Shown: one piece after another, positions 19,557-28,053 of the stretch
How the letters are laid out: each line of letters begins with the position of its first letter
Position numbering within the stretch: position 1 is the stretch's first letter
From: an uncultured Chloroflexia bacterium
GTDB taxonomy: Bacteria; Chloroflexota; Limnocylindria; Limnocylindrales; CSP1-4
Length of the DNA stretch: 64,000 nucleotides
Reading direction: 5' to 3'
Assembly (NCBI GenBank): GCA_963813535.1
Contig: CAWEZH010000003.1
Span: forward strand, 967,810-1,031,809
Notes under the pieces: model-generated
The model's input: the letters and a program-made list of their open reading frames with translations, nothing else
Database searches by the model: none
Told to the model about the DNA's origin: nothing
Program-made: the position numbers and the translations under genes

Positions 19557-21224
19557 TTAGCCGGGCTGCGGGACGGGCTGCTGGGATCCCGGCGATGACG
19601 GCCGAGCCGGCACCGTGTCCTGCTCTTGGTAGGACGCCAGCAGCCGGTGCTCCTCGTCCTTGCGCGGGAACTTGAAGAAGACGAGCGCGGCGCCCAGGAG
19701 GACGGCGATGATGCCGGCCAGGTACGCCCACTGGTCGCCGGCCAGGAACGCCACTTTCGCGGCCGCGATGATCTGGTCGCTGTACTGCGGGTACTGTGCA
19801 GCGATATCGGCCGCACCCGCGTACGACATCGTGAGCTGGTTCTGCACGCTAGTCGTCAGATCGGGATTCGGCGGAGCCCCTGCCAGCGCGGCGGCTGCGG
19901 CGGCGGCGTAACCGGCCGTCAGCAACGCCCCGAAGATCGACTGCATGATCGCGCCGCCAAGGTCGCGCTGAAGGTCGGCGGTCCCGGACGCCATCCCGGC
20001 GCGTGTGACCGGTACCGAGCCCGTTAGGGACCTTGACGCGGGGGTTCCGGCGAGCCCGACCCCCACCCCAACAAGGGCGTAGCCGAGAGCCACGACGAGG
20101 TAGCTGCTGCCCTCGCCCCAGAGCAGCAGCATCGTCAGGAATCCGCCGAGGACGAACACGTATCCGAACATGAGCGTGAAGCGCGCGCCGCGGGCCTCGA
20201 CGATCACGGCCGACCGAGGGGCGACGAGGACCATCGCTAGGGCAGCCGGGATGATCGCCGTTCCGGCCTCGAAGGTCGAGTACTGCAGCACGTTCTGGAG
20301 GTATTGCTGGCCGATGAACATCGCGCCCATCAGCGATCCGAAGACGATGATGCCGGCCAGCGCGGCGACCCAGAACGTCGGCCTAGCCGCGATGTCCAGG
20401 TCGTACAGGGGATCCTTCGCCCGACGTTGGCGGATGACGAAGGCGACGGTCGCGGCCACGCAGATACCCGCCAGCCCGATCACGAGGGCAGCCATGTTGG
20501 GCACCGGCGCGAAATTGATGGCGAGGATGAGCGTCCCGACCAGGACCGCCGACAGGATGCCGCCCAGATTGTCGACCGGATCCACGGTCTCGTTCACGTG
20601 CGCCGGAACGAACCGCCACGCCATGAAGAGGGCGACGGCCGCGAGCGGCAGCGTGATCAGGAAGACCGATCCCCAGTCGAAGCGCTCGAGGAGGAAACCC
20701 GCCACCAGGGGGCCGAGGGCCGCGATGGCGCCACCGAGGGCCGACCACAGGGCGATGGACTTCGTTCGCCCGGGCCCGGGAGCCCAGAGTGCGGTGATGA
20801 GGGCGAGCGTGGTGGGGTAAGCCATGCCCGCGGAGATGCCGCCGACGATCCTCGCGACGATCAGGACCTCGATCGTGGGCGCGAACGCCGCCACCAGGCA
20901 GGCTGGGATCGACAGCCCGATACCGAGTAGCAACAGCATCTTGCGGCCGTAGCGGTCCCCGATCGCCCCGAGCCAGAGCACGGATGCGGCCAAGCCCAGC
21001 GAGTACCCGACCGCCACGAGATCGAGCGCTGTCTGCGACGCCGTGAAGGCCAGGCCGATCGATGGCAACGCGACATTTGCCACCGACAGGTTGAGGTTGG
21101 CGACCGCCGCGACGAGGATCAGGGACGCGAGGATCAGGCCTCCGCCCGATGGGATGCCGGCATCGCCCGGCTCCTGGGCGGTCTGCGCTACGGATGCAGG
21201 CCCCGGGGCGGTGTCCTCTGCCAT
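19557..21224 (-). CDS. MFS transporter (DHA2/EmrB-like, 14 TM)
   Basis: NLSVANVALPSI, GAIGDRYGRK motif A, LGPLVAG. Confidence 0.9.
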   Translation of the reverse strand: MAEDTAPGPASVAQTAQEPGDAGIPSGGGLILASLILVAAVANLNLSVANVALPSIGLAFTASQTALDLVAVGYSLGLAASVLWLGAIGDRYGRKMLLLLGIGLSIPACLVAAFAPTIEVLIVARIVGGISAGMAYPTTLALITALWAPGPGRTKSIALWSALGGAIAALGPLVAGFLLERFDWGSVFLITLPLAAVALFMAWRFVPAHVNETVDPVDNLGGILSAVLVGTLILAINFAPVPNMAALVIGLAGICVAATVAFVIRQRRAKDPLYDLDIAARPTFWVAALAGIIVFGSLMGAMFIGQQYLQNVLQYSTFEAGTAIIPAALAMVLVAPRSAVIVEARGARFTLMFGYVFVLGGFLTMLLLWGEGSSYLVVALGYALVGVGVGLAGTPASRSLTGSVPVTRAGMASGTADLQRDLGGAIMQSIFGALLTAGYAAAAAAALAGAPPNPDLTTSVQNQLTMSYAGAADIAAQYPQYSDQIIAAAKVAFLAGDQWAYLAGIIAVLLGAALVFFKFPRKDEEHRLLASYQEQDTVPARPSSPGSQQPVPQPG

Positions 21225-21239
21225 TAGAGTCGCCGGCGA

Positions 21240-21506
21240 TCAGGCGTTGGACTGGCTGCCTGCCCAGAGCGCGAACAGGCGAAGGAAGTGGCCCATGCCG
21301 GCCACGAGCAAAGCCAGGAAGATCGGCCCACCGATCGCTGAGAGTGACAGGCCGAGCGCCTGAAGGAAGTTGAATGCCGGACTCGACGCCAGGTCGAGGA
21401 ACCACAGGACGCCGGACACGACCGCATAGATCACGGTGAACCATCCGATGTACACGAAGAACGTCGCGACGTTCGCGAGTGTCCGGGCTTCTGCGCGGAT
21501 GTCCAT
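21240..21506 (-). CDS. small two-TM membrane protein
   Basis: AAGGAG RBS before MDIRAEARTL; two hydrophobic helices. Confidence 0.65.
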   Translation of the reverse strand: MDIRAEARTLANVATFFVYIGWFTVIYAVVSGVLWFLDLASSPAFNFLQALGLSLSAIGGPIFLALLVAGMGHFLRLFALWAGSQSNA

Positions 21507-21670
21507 GGCCCTCACTCCTTGCACCGCCGGGTTGCACACGCATGGCCCCAGTCGTGTCTCGATGGTGGCGACGTGGCGCACTGAGTGGGATGGCGCGGAC
21601 AGGTCGCGTGACGGGGGCAGGCCAGCCTCTTTCGCGCGCGTAGGGCGCCGGGAGCGGGACTCGCCGGCGC

Positions 21671-22642
21671 TCAGCTCCGCGGGCGCACGATGCAGCGAAA
21701 GCCGATGTGCGCAGTCGACGTCTCGACGGCCTGCGCCTGTCGGGCCGCCGGCCTGTAGCGAAGGCAATAGTTGGGAGCGCACAGGTGGGAACCGCCCTTC
21801 ACCACGCGTCGCGGGAAGTTCTCACCCGGGCGGCCCGTGTCGTAGCTCTGGTCGGGCGAGGTGACACGAGGATTCGAGACCGGCCCGCAGCAGGCATGAC
21901 GCGGCTCTTCGTCGTGATGCGGCGTATAGAAGTCGGTCGTCCACTCCCAGACGTTGCCTGCCATGTCGTACAAGCCGTAGCCGTTCGGCGGGAAGGTGGC
22001 TACCGGCGAGGTCCCCTCGTAGCGATCCTCGAGCGTGTTCTGCCACGGGAATTCGCCCTGCCACGTGTTGGCCATCATCCGGCCCCGCGGTTTGAACTCG
22101 TCGCCCCATGTGAACATCTTGCCCTCGAGACCGCCTCGCGCGGCGAACTCCCACTCTGCCTCGGTGGGCAGGGCCTTATCCGTCCAGGTCGCATAGGCTT
22201 CGACGTCCTCCCACGCGACGTGCGTGACCGGGTGCCGCTCTCGCCCGTTCAAGGTGCTCCCGGGTCCTTCCGGGTGACGCCAGTCCGCGCCGGGCACGTA
22301 CCGCCACCAATTCCGGTAATCGTCGAGAGGGACGGGGCCCCGGGTGCGCTGGAAGACCAGCGATCCGGGCACAAGCATGTTCGGGTCCGCGTCCGGGTAG
22401 TCCGCAGGATCGAGCGGCCGCTCGGCGAGGGTGACGTAGCCGGAGTCCTTCACGAAACGGCGGAACTCCGCGACCGTGACCTGGTGGAGGTCGATCCAGA
22501 ACCCGTCAACAGCGGCGTCGTGGACTGGTCGCTCCTCGGCATAGTGGTCGTCGGAGCCCATGAGGAACGAGCCACCAGGGATCCAGGCCATGTCCTTTGC
22601 AGGCGGCGCTCCGGATCCGTCGACCGTGGCCTCAGCGGTCAC
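21671..22642 (-). CDS. formylglycine-generating enzyme (sulfatase-modifying factor)
   Basis: FLMGSD, LPTEAEWEFAARGG, PPNGYGLYDMAGNVWEW, KGGSHLCAPNYCLRYR with both catalytic Cys. Confidence 0.95.
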   Translation of the reverse strand: MTAEATVDGSGAPPAKDMAWIPGGSFLMGSDDHYAEERPVHDAAVDGFWIDLHQVTVAEFRRFVKDSGYVTLAERPLDPADYPDADPNMLVPGSLVFQRTRGPVPLDDYRNWWRYVPGADWRHPEGPGSTLNGRERHPVTHVAWEDVEAYATWTDKALPTEAEWEFAARGGLEGKMFTWGDEFKPRGRMMANTWQGEFPWQNTLEDRYEGTSPVATFPPNGYGLYDMAGNVWEWTTDFYTPHHDEEPRHACCGPVSNPRVTSPDQSYDTGRPGENFPRRVVKGGSHLCAPNYCLRYRPAARQAQAVETSTAHIGFRCIVRPRS

Positions 22643-23006
22643 GCCGGTGCGTCTCCCACAGGTCGTTGAGGACGCGCGGACGAAGTTCGTCCTTTCGGAC
22701 GAATGCCGCTGCGGAGCACGAGGCAGGGCTTCTGCCCTGAAGCCCGTCCCCGGTCGATGAGGTCAGGACGACGACGGTGTCCGGGAGTCGGTCCACGATG
22801 GCCCGGCTCGCGTCACAACCGTCGATCCCGGGCAGATGGACATCCATCAGGACCAGGTCAGGGGCGAGTTGCGTCGCGGCGCTGATGGCCGCTTCGCCCG
22901 TGCAGGCCGTCCCAACCTCCTCGAAGCCGTCCGTCGCTTCTGTGACGGCATGCACGGCACGCCGGAACGACTCGTGGTCGTCGACGGTGAGGACCCTGAC
23001 CACCAT
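22632..23006 (-). CDS. stand-alone response regulator receiver (NarL-type REC)
   Basis: VLTVDDH, PDLVLMDVHLPGIDG, FVRK. No output domain. Confidence 0.8.
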   Translation of the reverse strand: MVVRVLTVDDHESFRRAVHAVTEATDGFEEVGTACTGEAAISAATQLAPDLVLMDVHLPGIDGCDASRAIVDRLPDTVVVLTSSTGDGLQGRSPASCSAAAFVRKDELRPRVLNDLWETHRRDR

Positions 23007-23243
23007 CTGACCCTCGCGCTGGGCTGTGGGTAGCAGTTCGTGATCGGCCGTTGTGGCGCTCCAGGCCGACGGTGTCACGCCTTCTACTCCGTCCCGGCCC
23101 ACGCTACTGACCTCCGTGTACCAGGTGCTCGTCGAGGCGGGAACCACGTCGTGCCGCTCCTTGAACCACGGTCCCTCGGCCGGAGCCTGACCGGCCGCAG
23201 CGGGGCCAGCAATGGGGCGGACGCGACTGCCCCACGGGGGCCG

Positions 23244-23580
23244 TCACTCGCGATCCGGCGCTTCGGTGACCGCGGTGTCCGAGTCCTCTGCGCCGGCGTC
23301 GGGCACCGAGGTGACGAGCCATGTCTCGGCGGCGCCGATCGCGCGTCGCGTGGATTCGCCCAAGATCGGGATCACGCTCTCCAGCCAGACCTGTGCGCCG
23401 AGATCGAGCTTCCCACTGCGCACGAGCTGGACGCGGACATGCTCGTCGACACGGCCCAGGTAGAGCCGTCCACCACCGACGCAAGGCGGCCGGCATAGCG
23501 GTCGACGATCTGGATGAACGTCGCCCCGACCTTGGTTCGGCCGCGGATCCGAAGGATCACGACCGCGGACGGGGTGGCTT
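23244..23580 (-). pseudogene. C-terminal STAS-domain remnant of a SulP-family sulfate permease
   Basis: Joining two frames gives VVILRIRGRTKVGATFIQIVDRYAGRLASV/GRLYLGRVDEHVRVQLVRSGKLDL...ILGESTRRAIGAAETWL. No TM domain or clear start upstream. Confidence 0.6.
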
Positions 23581-23633
23581 GCGACGTACCATGCGCTGGA
23601 CCGAACCGGTTCCGCCGCGCGAAAGAGGAAAAG

Positions 23634-25886
23634 GTGTCGCGAGAGACGGGAACGGACGCCCCGGGGTCGGGCTCCGACGAAGAGTCACCCCGCGAATCCC
23701 CGCCGTTGCGCGGGACGAAGATCCATGCCCCCCGCCGCCACCGGGACACCATCCACCGGACACGATTGACGGACGTGCTGCGCGCCGCCCGACCGTCCTC
23801 GGTGCTCGTGGTGGCCCCGGCGGGTTTCGGCAAGACGTCCATCCTGGCCGACTGGGCCGAGATCGACGGGCGACCGTTTGCCTGGCTCTCGCTCGGCACG
23901 GCGGACAACGATCGCATGGTGTTGTGGGCCTACATCGCCGCGGCCCTGACAGCCGCCGGGGGTATGTCGTGGACCAGCGACGAGCTCTCGGCGATCGCCA
24001 GGGTGCCCGATCCGGTCGGCGTCGTCATCGCCCACTTGAGGACCGACCAGGAGATGGTCTTGGTCCTCGACGACTACCACGCCATCGAGAGCGAGGCGTG
24101 CCATGAGTCCGTGCTGCGCTTCATCGAGCTCGCGCCAGCCAACCTGCAAGTCGCGATCTCATCCCGGACCGCAGTGCCACTCCCGCTGGCGCGCCGCCGT
24201 GCGAACGGTGCCCTCATCGAGATCGGGTCGGGTGATCTCCGTTTCACGACCGAGGAAAGCGACGCCTTTCTGAATGGGTCGCTGGCCCTCGGGCTCGATG
24301 ACGGTTCGGTCGTCACGCTCACGGAACGGACTGAGGGCTGGCCGGCCGGCCTGTATCTCGCCTACCTGTCCATCCGCAGGACGAAGGACCGGGCCGCGTT
24401 CATCTCCGGCTTCGGAGGGAAGAACCGTCTCGTCGGCGAGTACCTCACCGAGCAGGTCCTGACCGCGCTCGGGCCCGCCGAGCGCGACTTCATGCTGGTG
24501 ACGTCGGTCGTCGATGAGGTGAACGGCCCGTTGGCCGACGCGTTGACCGGCACAGAAGGCTCGGCTGCGCGATTGGTCGATCTCGAACGCGCGAATGTGT
24601 TCATCACCCCACTCGACGACCGCCGCGAGTGGTACCGCTATCACCACCTGTTGCTCGAGCTCCTCCGCCTCGAGCTTGCGAAGACGACGCCAGAAATGCA
24701 TCACGATCTCCACATCCGGGCGGCGACCTGGTTCGAGCAGGCGCGCGACGCCGATCGGGCCATCCAGCATGCCATCGACGGCGACGACGCCGAGCGTGCC
24801 GCACGGTTGATCAGTGCCTCCTATCTCCAGGCGCTCGAATGGGGGCGGATCGAGTCCGTCGTGGGATGGCTCGAACGCATCGGGGACGAGCGCATCAAGG
24901 CGGATGCCCGACTCTCGATCGTGAAGGCGTGGGTGATGCACTTCCTCGGTCTCCACGCCGATGGGGCTGCCGCCCTTGCCGACGCCATGGCGTCGTCCTA
25001 CGTCGGTGTCCTGCCCGACGGTGCGAGCTCGGTCGAGGCCAGCGCCGCGCTCATGGGCGCGGCGTTCCCCGCCGGCGATGTCGGATCGATGCTGGCCAAC
25101 GCGCGACGCGCCTTCGAGCTCGAGTCCAGACCCCCATCCCCGTGGCGGACGACTGTCCATGTACTGCTAGGGTTCGCCCTGGTTCGGGACGGATCCTTCG
25201 CCGAGGCCGAGCGCTACCTCGAGCTCGGATCCGAGCTCGCGATCCGATCCGACTCCTGGATGGACGCGGTCGGGGCACGAGCCTTGCGGGGGCGCGTCGC
25301 CATGCACGCCGGGGATCCGTCGTCTGCCGAGCGGTACGCACGGGAGGCCGTCGACCTGGCCGACGCGCACGGCGTCTCCCCGACAGCGTCCGGGGCATTC
25401 GCTCGCGTCGTCCTCGGTGGGCTCCTGGCGGAGATGGGCAACGCCTCGGAGGGAGCAGGACTCCTCGAGGCGACGATGGCTGCGGTGCGCACCTTCCGCG
25501 AGCCGTTGTCGCTCGCCGATACCCTCCTGGAGCTGACGCGGGTTCGGTGCCTCCTCGGCCAACGAGAGGCGGCGGTCCGATCGTTCGAGGAGGCCGACGC
25601 GATCATCGACGGCATGGCCGATCCGGGGTACCTGACGATCACTCGACGGGAGCTCGCTCGGGAGCTCTTCGGACCGTCGCAAGCGCTCGGCGAACCTCTG
25701 TCCGCTCGAGAGCTCGATGTCCTGCGGCTGCTCGCCGACGGCCTATCCAAGCGCGAGGCGGGGGAGAGGCTGTTCGTGTCGTACAACACGGTGCACTCCC
25801 ATGTCCGGGCGATCTACCGAAAACTCGGGGTGACGTCCCGGGCGGACGCGATCGACCGAGCGCGCAAGCAGGGACTGCTGGGCTGA
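23634..25886 (+). CDS. MalT-like LuxR family transcriptional regulator (STAND ATPase + TPR-like + HTH)
   Basis: APAGFGKTS, LVLDDYH, RTEGWPAGLYL, WYRYHHL, LSARELDVLRLL...VSYNTVHSHVRAIYRKLGV. Confidence 0.92.
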   Translation: MSRETGTDAPGSGSDEESPRESPPLRGTKIHAPRRHRDTIHRTRLTDVLRAARPSSVLVVAPAGFGKTSILADWAEIDGRPFAWLSLGTADNDRMVLWAYIAAALTAAGGMSWTSDELSAIARVPDPVGVVIAHLRTDQEMVLVLDDYHAIESEACHESVLRFIELAPANLQVAISSRTAVPLPLARRRANGALIEIGSGDLRFTTEESDAFLNGSLALGLDDGSVVTLTERTEGWPAGLYLAYLSIRRTKDRAAFISGFGGKNRLVGEYLTEQVLTALGPAERDFMLVTSVVDEVNGPLADALTGTEGSAARLVDLERANVFITPLDDRREWYRYHHLLLELLRLELAKTTPEMHHDLHIRAATWFEQARDADRAIQHAIDGDDAERAARLISASYLQALEWGRIESVVGWLERIGDERIKADARLSIVKAWVMHFLGLHADGAAALADAMASSYVGVLPDGASSVEASAALMGAAFPAGDVGSMLANARRAFELESRPPSPWRTTVHVLLGFALVRDGSFAEAERYLELGSELAIRSDSWMDAVGARALRGRVAMHAGDPSSAERYAREAVDLADAHGVSPTASGAFARVVLGGLLAEMGNASEGAGLLEATMAAVRTFREPLSLADTLLELTRVRCLLGQREAAVRSFEEADAIIDGMADPGYLTITRRELARELFGPSQALGEPLSARELDVLRLLADGLSKREAGERLFVSYNTVHSHVRAIYRKLGVTSRADAIDRARKQGLLG

Positions 25887-25916
25887 TCGCCGCCATGTTG
25901 GGAGGAATGGACGGAA

Positions 25917-25948
25917 TCACCCGGGTGAAAACCCATTCGAAGGGGTGA
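25917..25948. promoter_or_regulatory. palindromic operator candidate
   Basis: Perfect 12-bp palindrome TCACCCGGGTGA followed by a related acccattcgaaggggtga half-site, between the regulator and the kinase. Confidence 0.45.
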
Positions 25949-26080
25949 CGCGACAGACAACACGTTCCACACTATCCGGTAGAGGACATATCACGAACCG
26001 ATCGCGATCGGCCTAGGGGGTAGCTACGCGACCCGTCACGTCGCGGGACGCCGGTTCCTTGGAGGCAGGACCCGGGCGAC

Positions 26081-26956
26081 ATGTTCACCGACCACCCAGT
26101 CCAGACCCGCGCGCGGCGCTTGCTGCTGTCCGGTCAAGCCGTCTCGCGGCGCCACCGGACGGCCGCCCGCTGGATGGTTGCCGCGTGCCTGGCGTTCATC
26201 GCCGTCGCCGCGATGTTCCTCGTCGCGCCTGGATGGTTGACGGCGGGCCGCCCCCCGCTCATCGCCCTGGTCTTCGCGGTCTCGCTGGGGCTCATGGTCG
26301 ACCTCTACCTCGAGGGCCGTGCCAGCGATCGTGAGCTGCGGTCGGCCCGAGTCGCGTTGCTCGATGCCCGCGACAACGAGCGGCTGCGCATCCAGCGCGA
26401 CCTGCACGACAGCGCCCAACAGCGGCTCGTCAGCGTCCGGGTCCACCTCGGCTTGCTTGCGGAAGAATCCGATCGGTCCGCGGATCGCGCGAGCATCGAC
26501 CAGCTCGGCCAGGAGCTCGACACGGCCCTCGCGGAGATCGGAGCCGTGACCAGAAACGAGTATCCGCAGATGCTCCGCCTGCGGGGACTCGCCCCGAGCC
26601 TGCGCTCGGCGACGAGGCGCTCTCCGATCCCGGTTACGGTCGACGCTGACGGGTTCGGTCGGTACCCGGAGTCGATCGAACGCAACGTCTACTTCTGCTG
26701 TCTGGAGGCACTCCAGAACGCCGTGAAGCACGGCGGCTCGACGGCCAAGGCGCGGATCCGGCTGTTCGGAACCGCGACCAGCGTCGTCTTCGAGGTCGAG
26801 GATTCCGGTGTAGGTTTCGACCCGGCGCGCATCAAGCACGGCGATGGGCTGGACAACCTGGCCGACCGGGTGGCGTCGATGCGCGGGCGCTACAGCATCG
26901 ACTCCCGACCGGGCATGGGTACGCGGATCCGTGGCGAGATCCCGGTCCAGTCATGA
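26081..26956 (+). CDS. sensor histidine kinase (HisKA_3/NarX-like)
   Basis: ERLRIQRDLHDSAQQRL, EALQNAVKH, VEDSGVGF, GLDNLADRV, GTRI. Two TM helices. Confidence 0.9.
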   Translation: MFTDHPVQTRARRLLLSGQAVSRRHRTAARWMVAACLAFIAVAAMFLVAPGWLTAGRPPLIALVFAVSLGLMVDLYLEGRASDRELRSARVALLDARDNERLRIQRDLHDSAQQRLVSVRVHLGLLAEESDRSADRASIDQLGQELDTALAEIGAVTRNEYPQMLRLRGLAPSLRSATRRSPIPVTVDADGFGRYPESIERNVYFCCLEALQNAVKHGGSTAKARIRLFGTATSVVFEVEDSGVGFDPARIKHGDGLDNLADRVASMRGRYSIDSRPGMGTRIRGEIPVQS

Positions 26957-27142
26957 GAAGGTCCCGCTTCCACCGGCACGCCGCGACGCTCCTGTCGCCT
27001 GGGGGCAGACATCTGCGTCCGGCGTGCCGGGTCTGATGCCGAGGCTGTAGCCGCCACTCGCGCATCGACCGGCCCGCCCCATTGTCGGAGGGTGTCGCCC
27101 CGGCCGAGCATCGCCCGGTCCCTCTAGTACGCGGGAGGCACC

Positions 27143-28045
27143 GTGAGCGAGACCCTGACCACGCTCCAGAATCTCTTCACGTTCGCGTTCGTCGTGTCGA
27201 GCATGCTGGGCATGGGTCTCGCGCTGACCCTCGACCAGATCCTGCAGCCACTTCGGAATGCGCGTCTTGTCGTGGTGGCCCTCGTCGCGAATTTCGTCAT
27301 CGTCCCCGCCGTGGCGATCGCGCTCAGCCGGCTGATCCCCATGGACGAGCAACTCCAGATCGGCGTCATCCTGTTCGGGTCGGCCGCCGGAGCACCCTTC
27401 CTGCCGAAGCTCGCCCAGATCGCCAAGGCCAGCGTGGGCTTCTCGGTCGGTCTGATGGCCCTGCTCATCGTCGTGACCGTCGCCTTCCTGCCGATCCTCC
27501 TGCCGCTGGTCCTCCCGGGAGTCAGCGTCGACGCCGGCTCGATGGCGGTCATGCTCTTCGGCGAGATGCTGGTCCCGTTGGGGATCGGCCTTCTCGTCCG
27601 CCGGCGATTCCCAGAAGGCGCGGCCCAGATCTCACCGCCGATCGCCCAGGTCGCGAGCTTGAGCCTCGTGTTGTTGTTGGTGCTCATGCTCGGCCTGAAT
27701 ATAGAAAACGTGATCGGACTCTTCGGGAGCGGAGCGCTGGCGGCGACCGTGATCCTGCTCGCGGTCGCCATCGTGTCCGGCTACCTGCTGGGAGGCCCGG
27801 CCAGCGACACCCGCCAGGTCTTGGCGCTCGGGACCGGACAACGGAATCTGGCCGCTGCGTTCCTCGTGGCGACCGCGAACTTCGCCGAACAACCGAACGT
27901 CCTCGTCTACCTGGCCGGGGCTGGACTGATCGGCATGGCGATCCTGTTCCCCTTCGCGGCTGAGCTCGGGAAGCGGAACAGCGCAACCACCCCTCCGGTG
28001 CCCATCACGCCGGAACCCGCCAGCGGGCCCGCGGCCGGCACCTAG
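27143..28045 (+). CDS. bile acid:sodium symporter (BASS) family transporter
   Basis: SMLGMGL, ANFVIVP, AAGAPFLPKL, GTGQRNLAAA. Confidence 0.88.
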   Translation: MSETLTTLQNLFTFAFVVSSMLGMGLALTLDQILQPLRNARLVVVALVANFVIVPAVAIALSRLIPMDEQLQIGVILFGSAAGAPFLPKLAQIAKASVGFSVGLMALLIVVTVAFLPILLPLVLPGVSVDAGSMAVMLFGEMLVPLGIGLLVRRRFPEGAAQISPPIAQVASLSLVLLLVLMLGLNIENVIGLFGSGALAATVILLAVAIVSGYLLGGPASDTRQVLALGTGQRNLAAAFLVATANFAEQPNVLVYLAGAGLIGMAILFPFAAELGKRNSATTPPVPITPEPASGPAAGT

Positions 28046-28053
28046 GGTCACGA

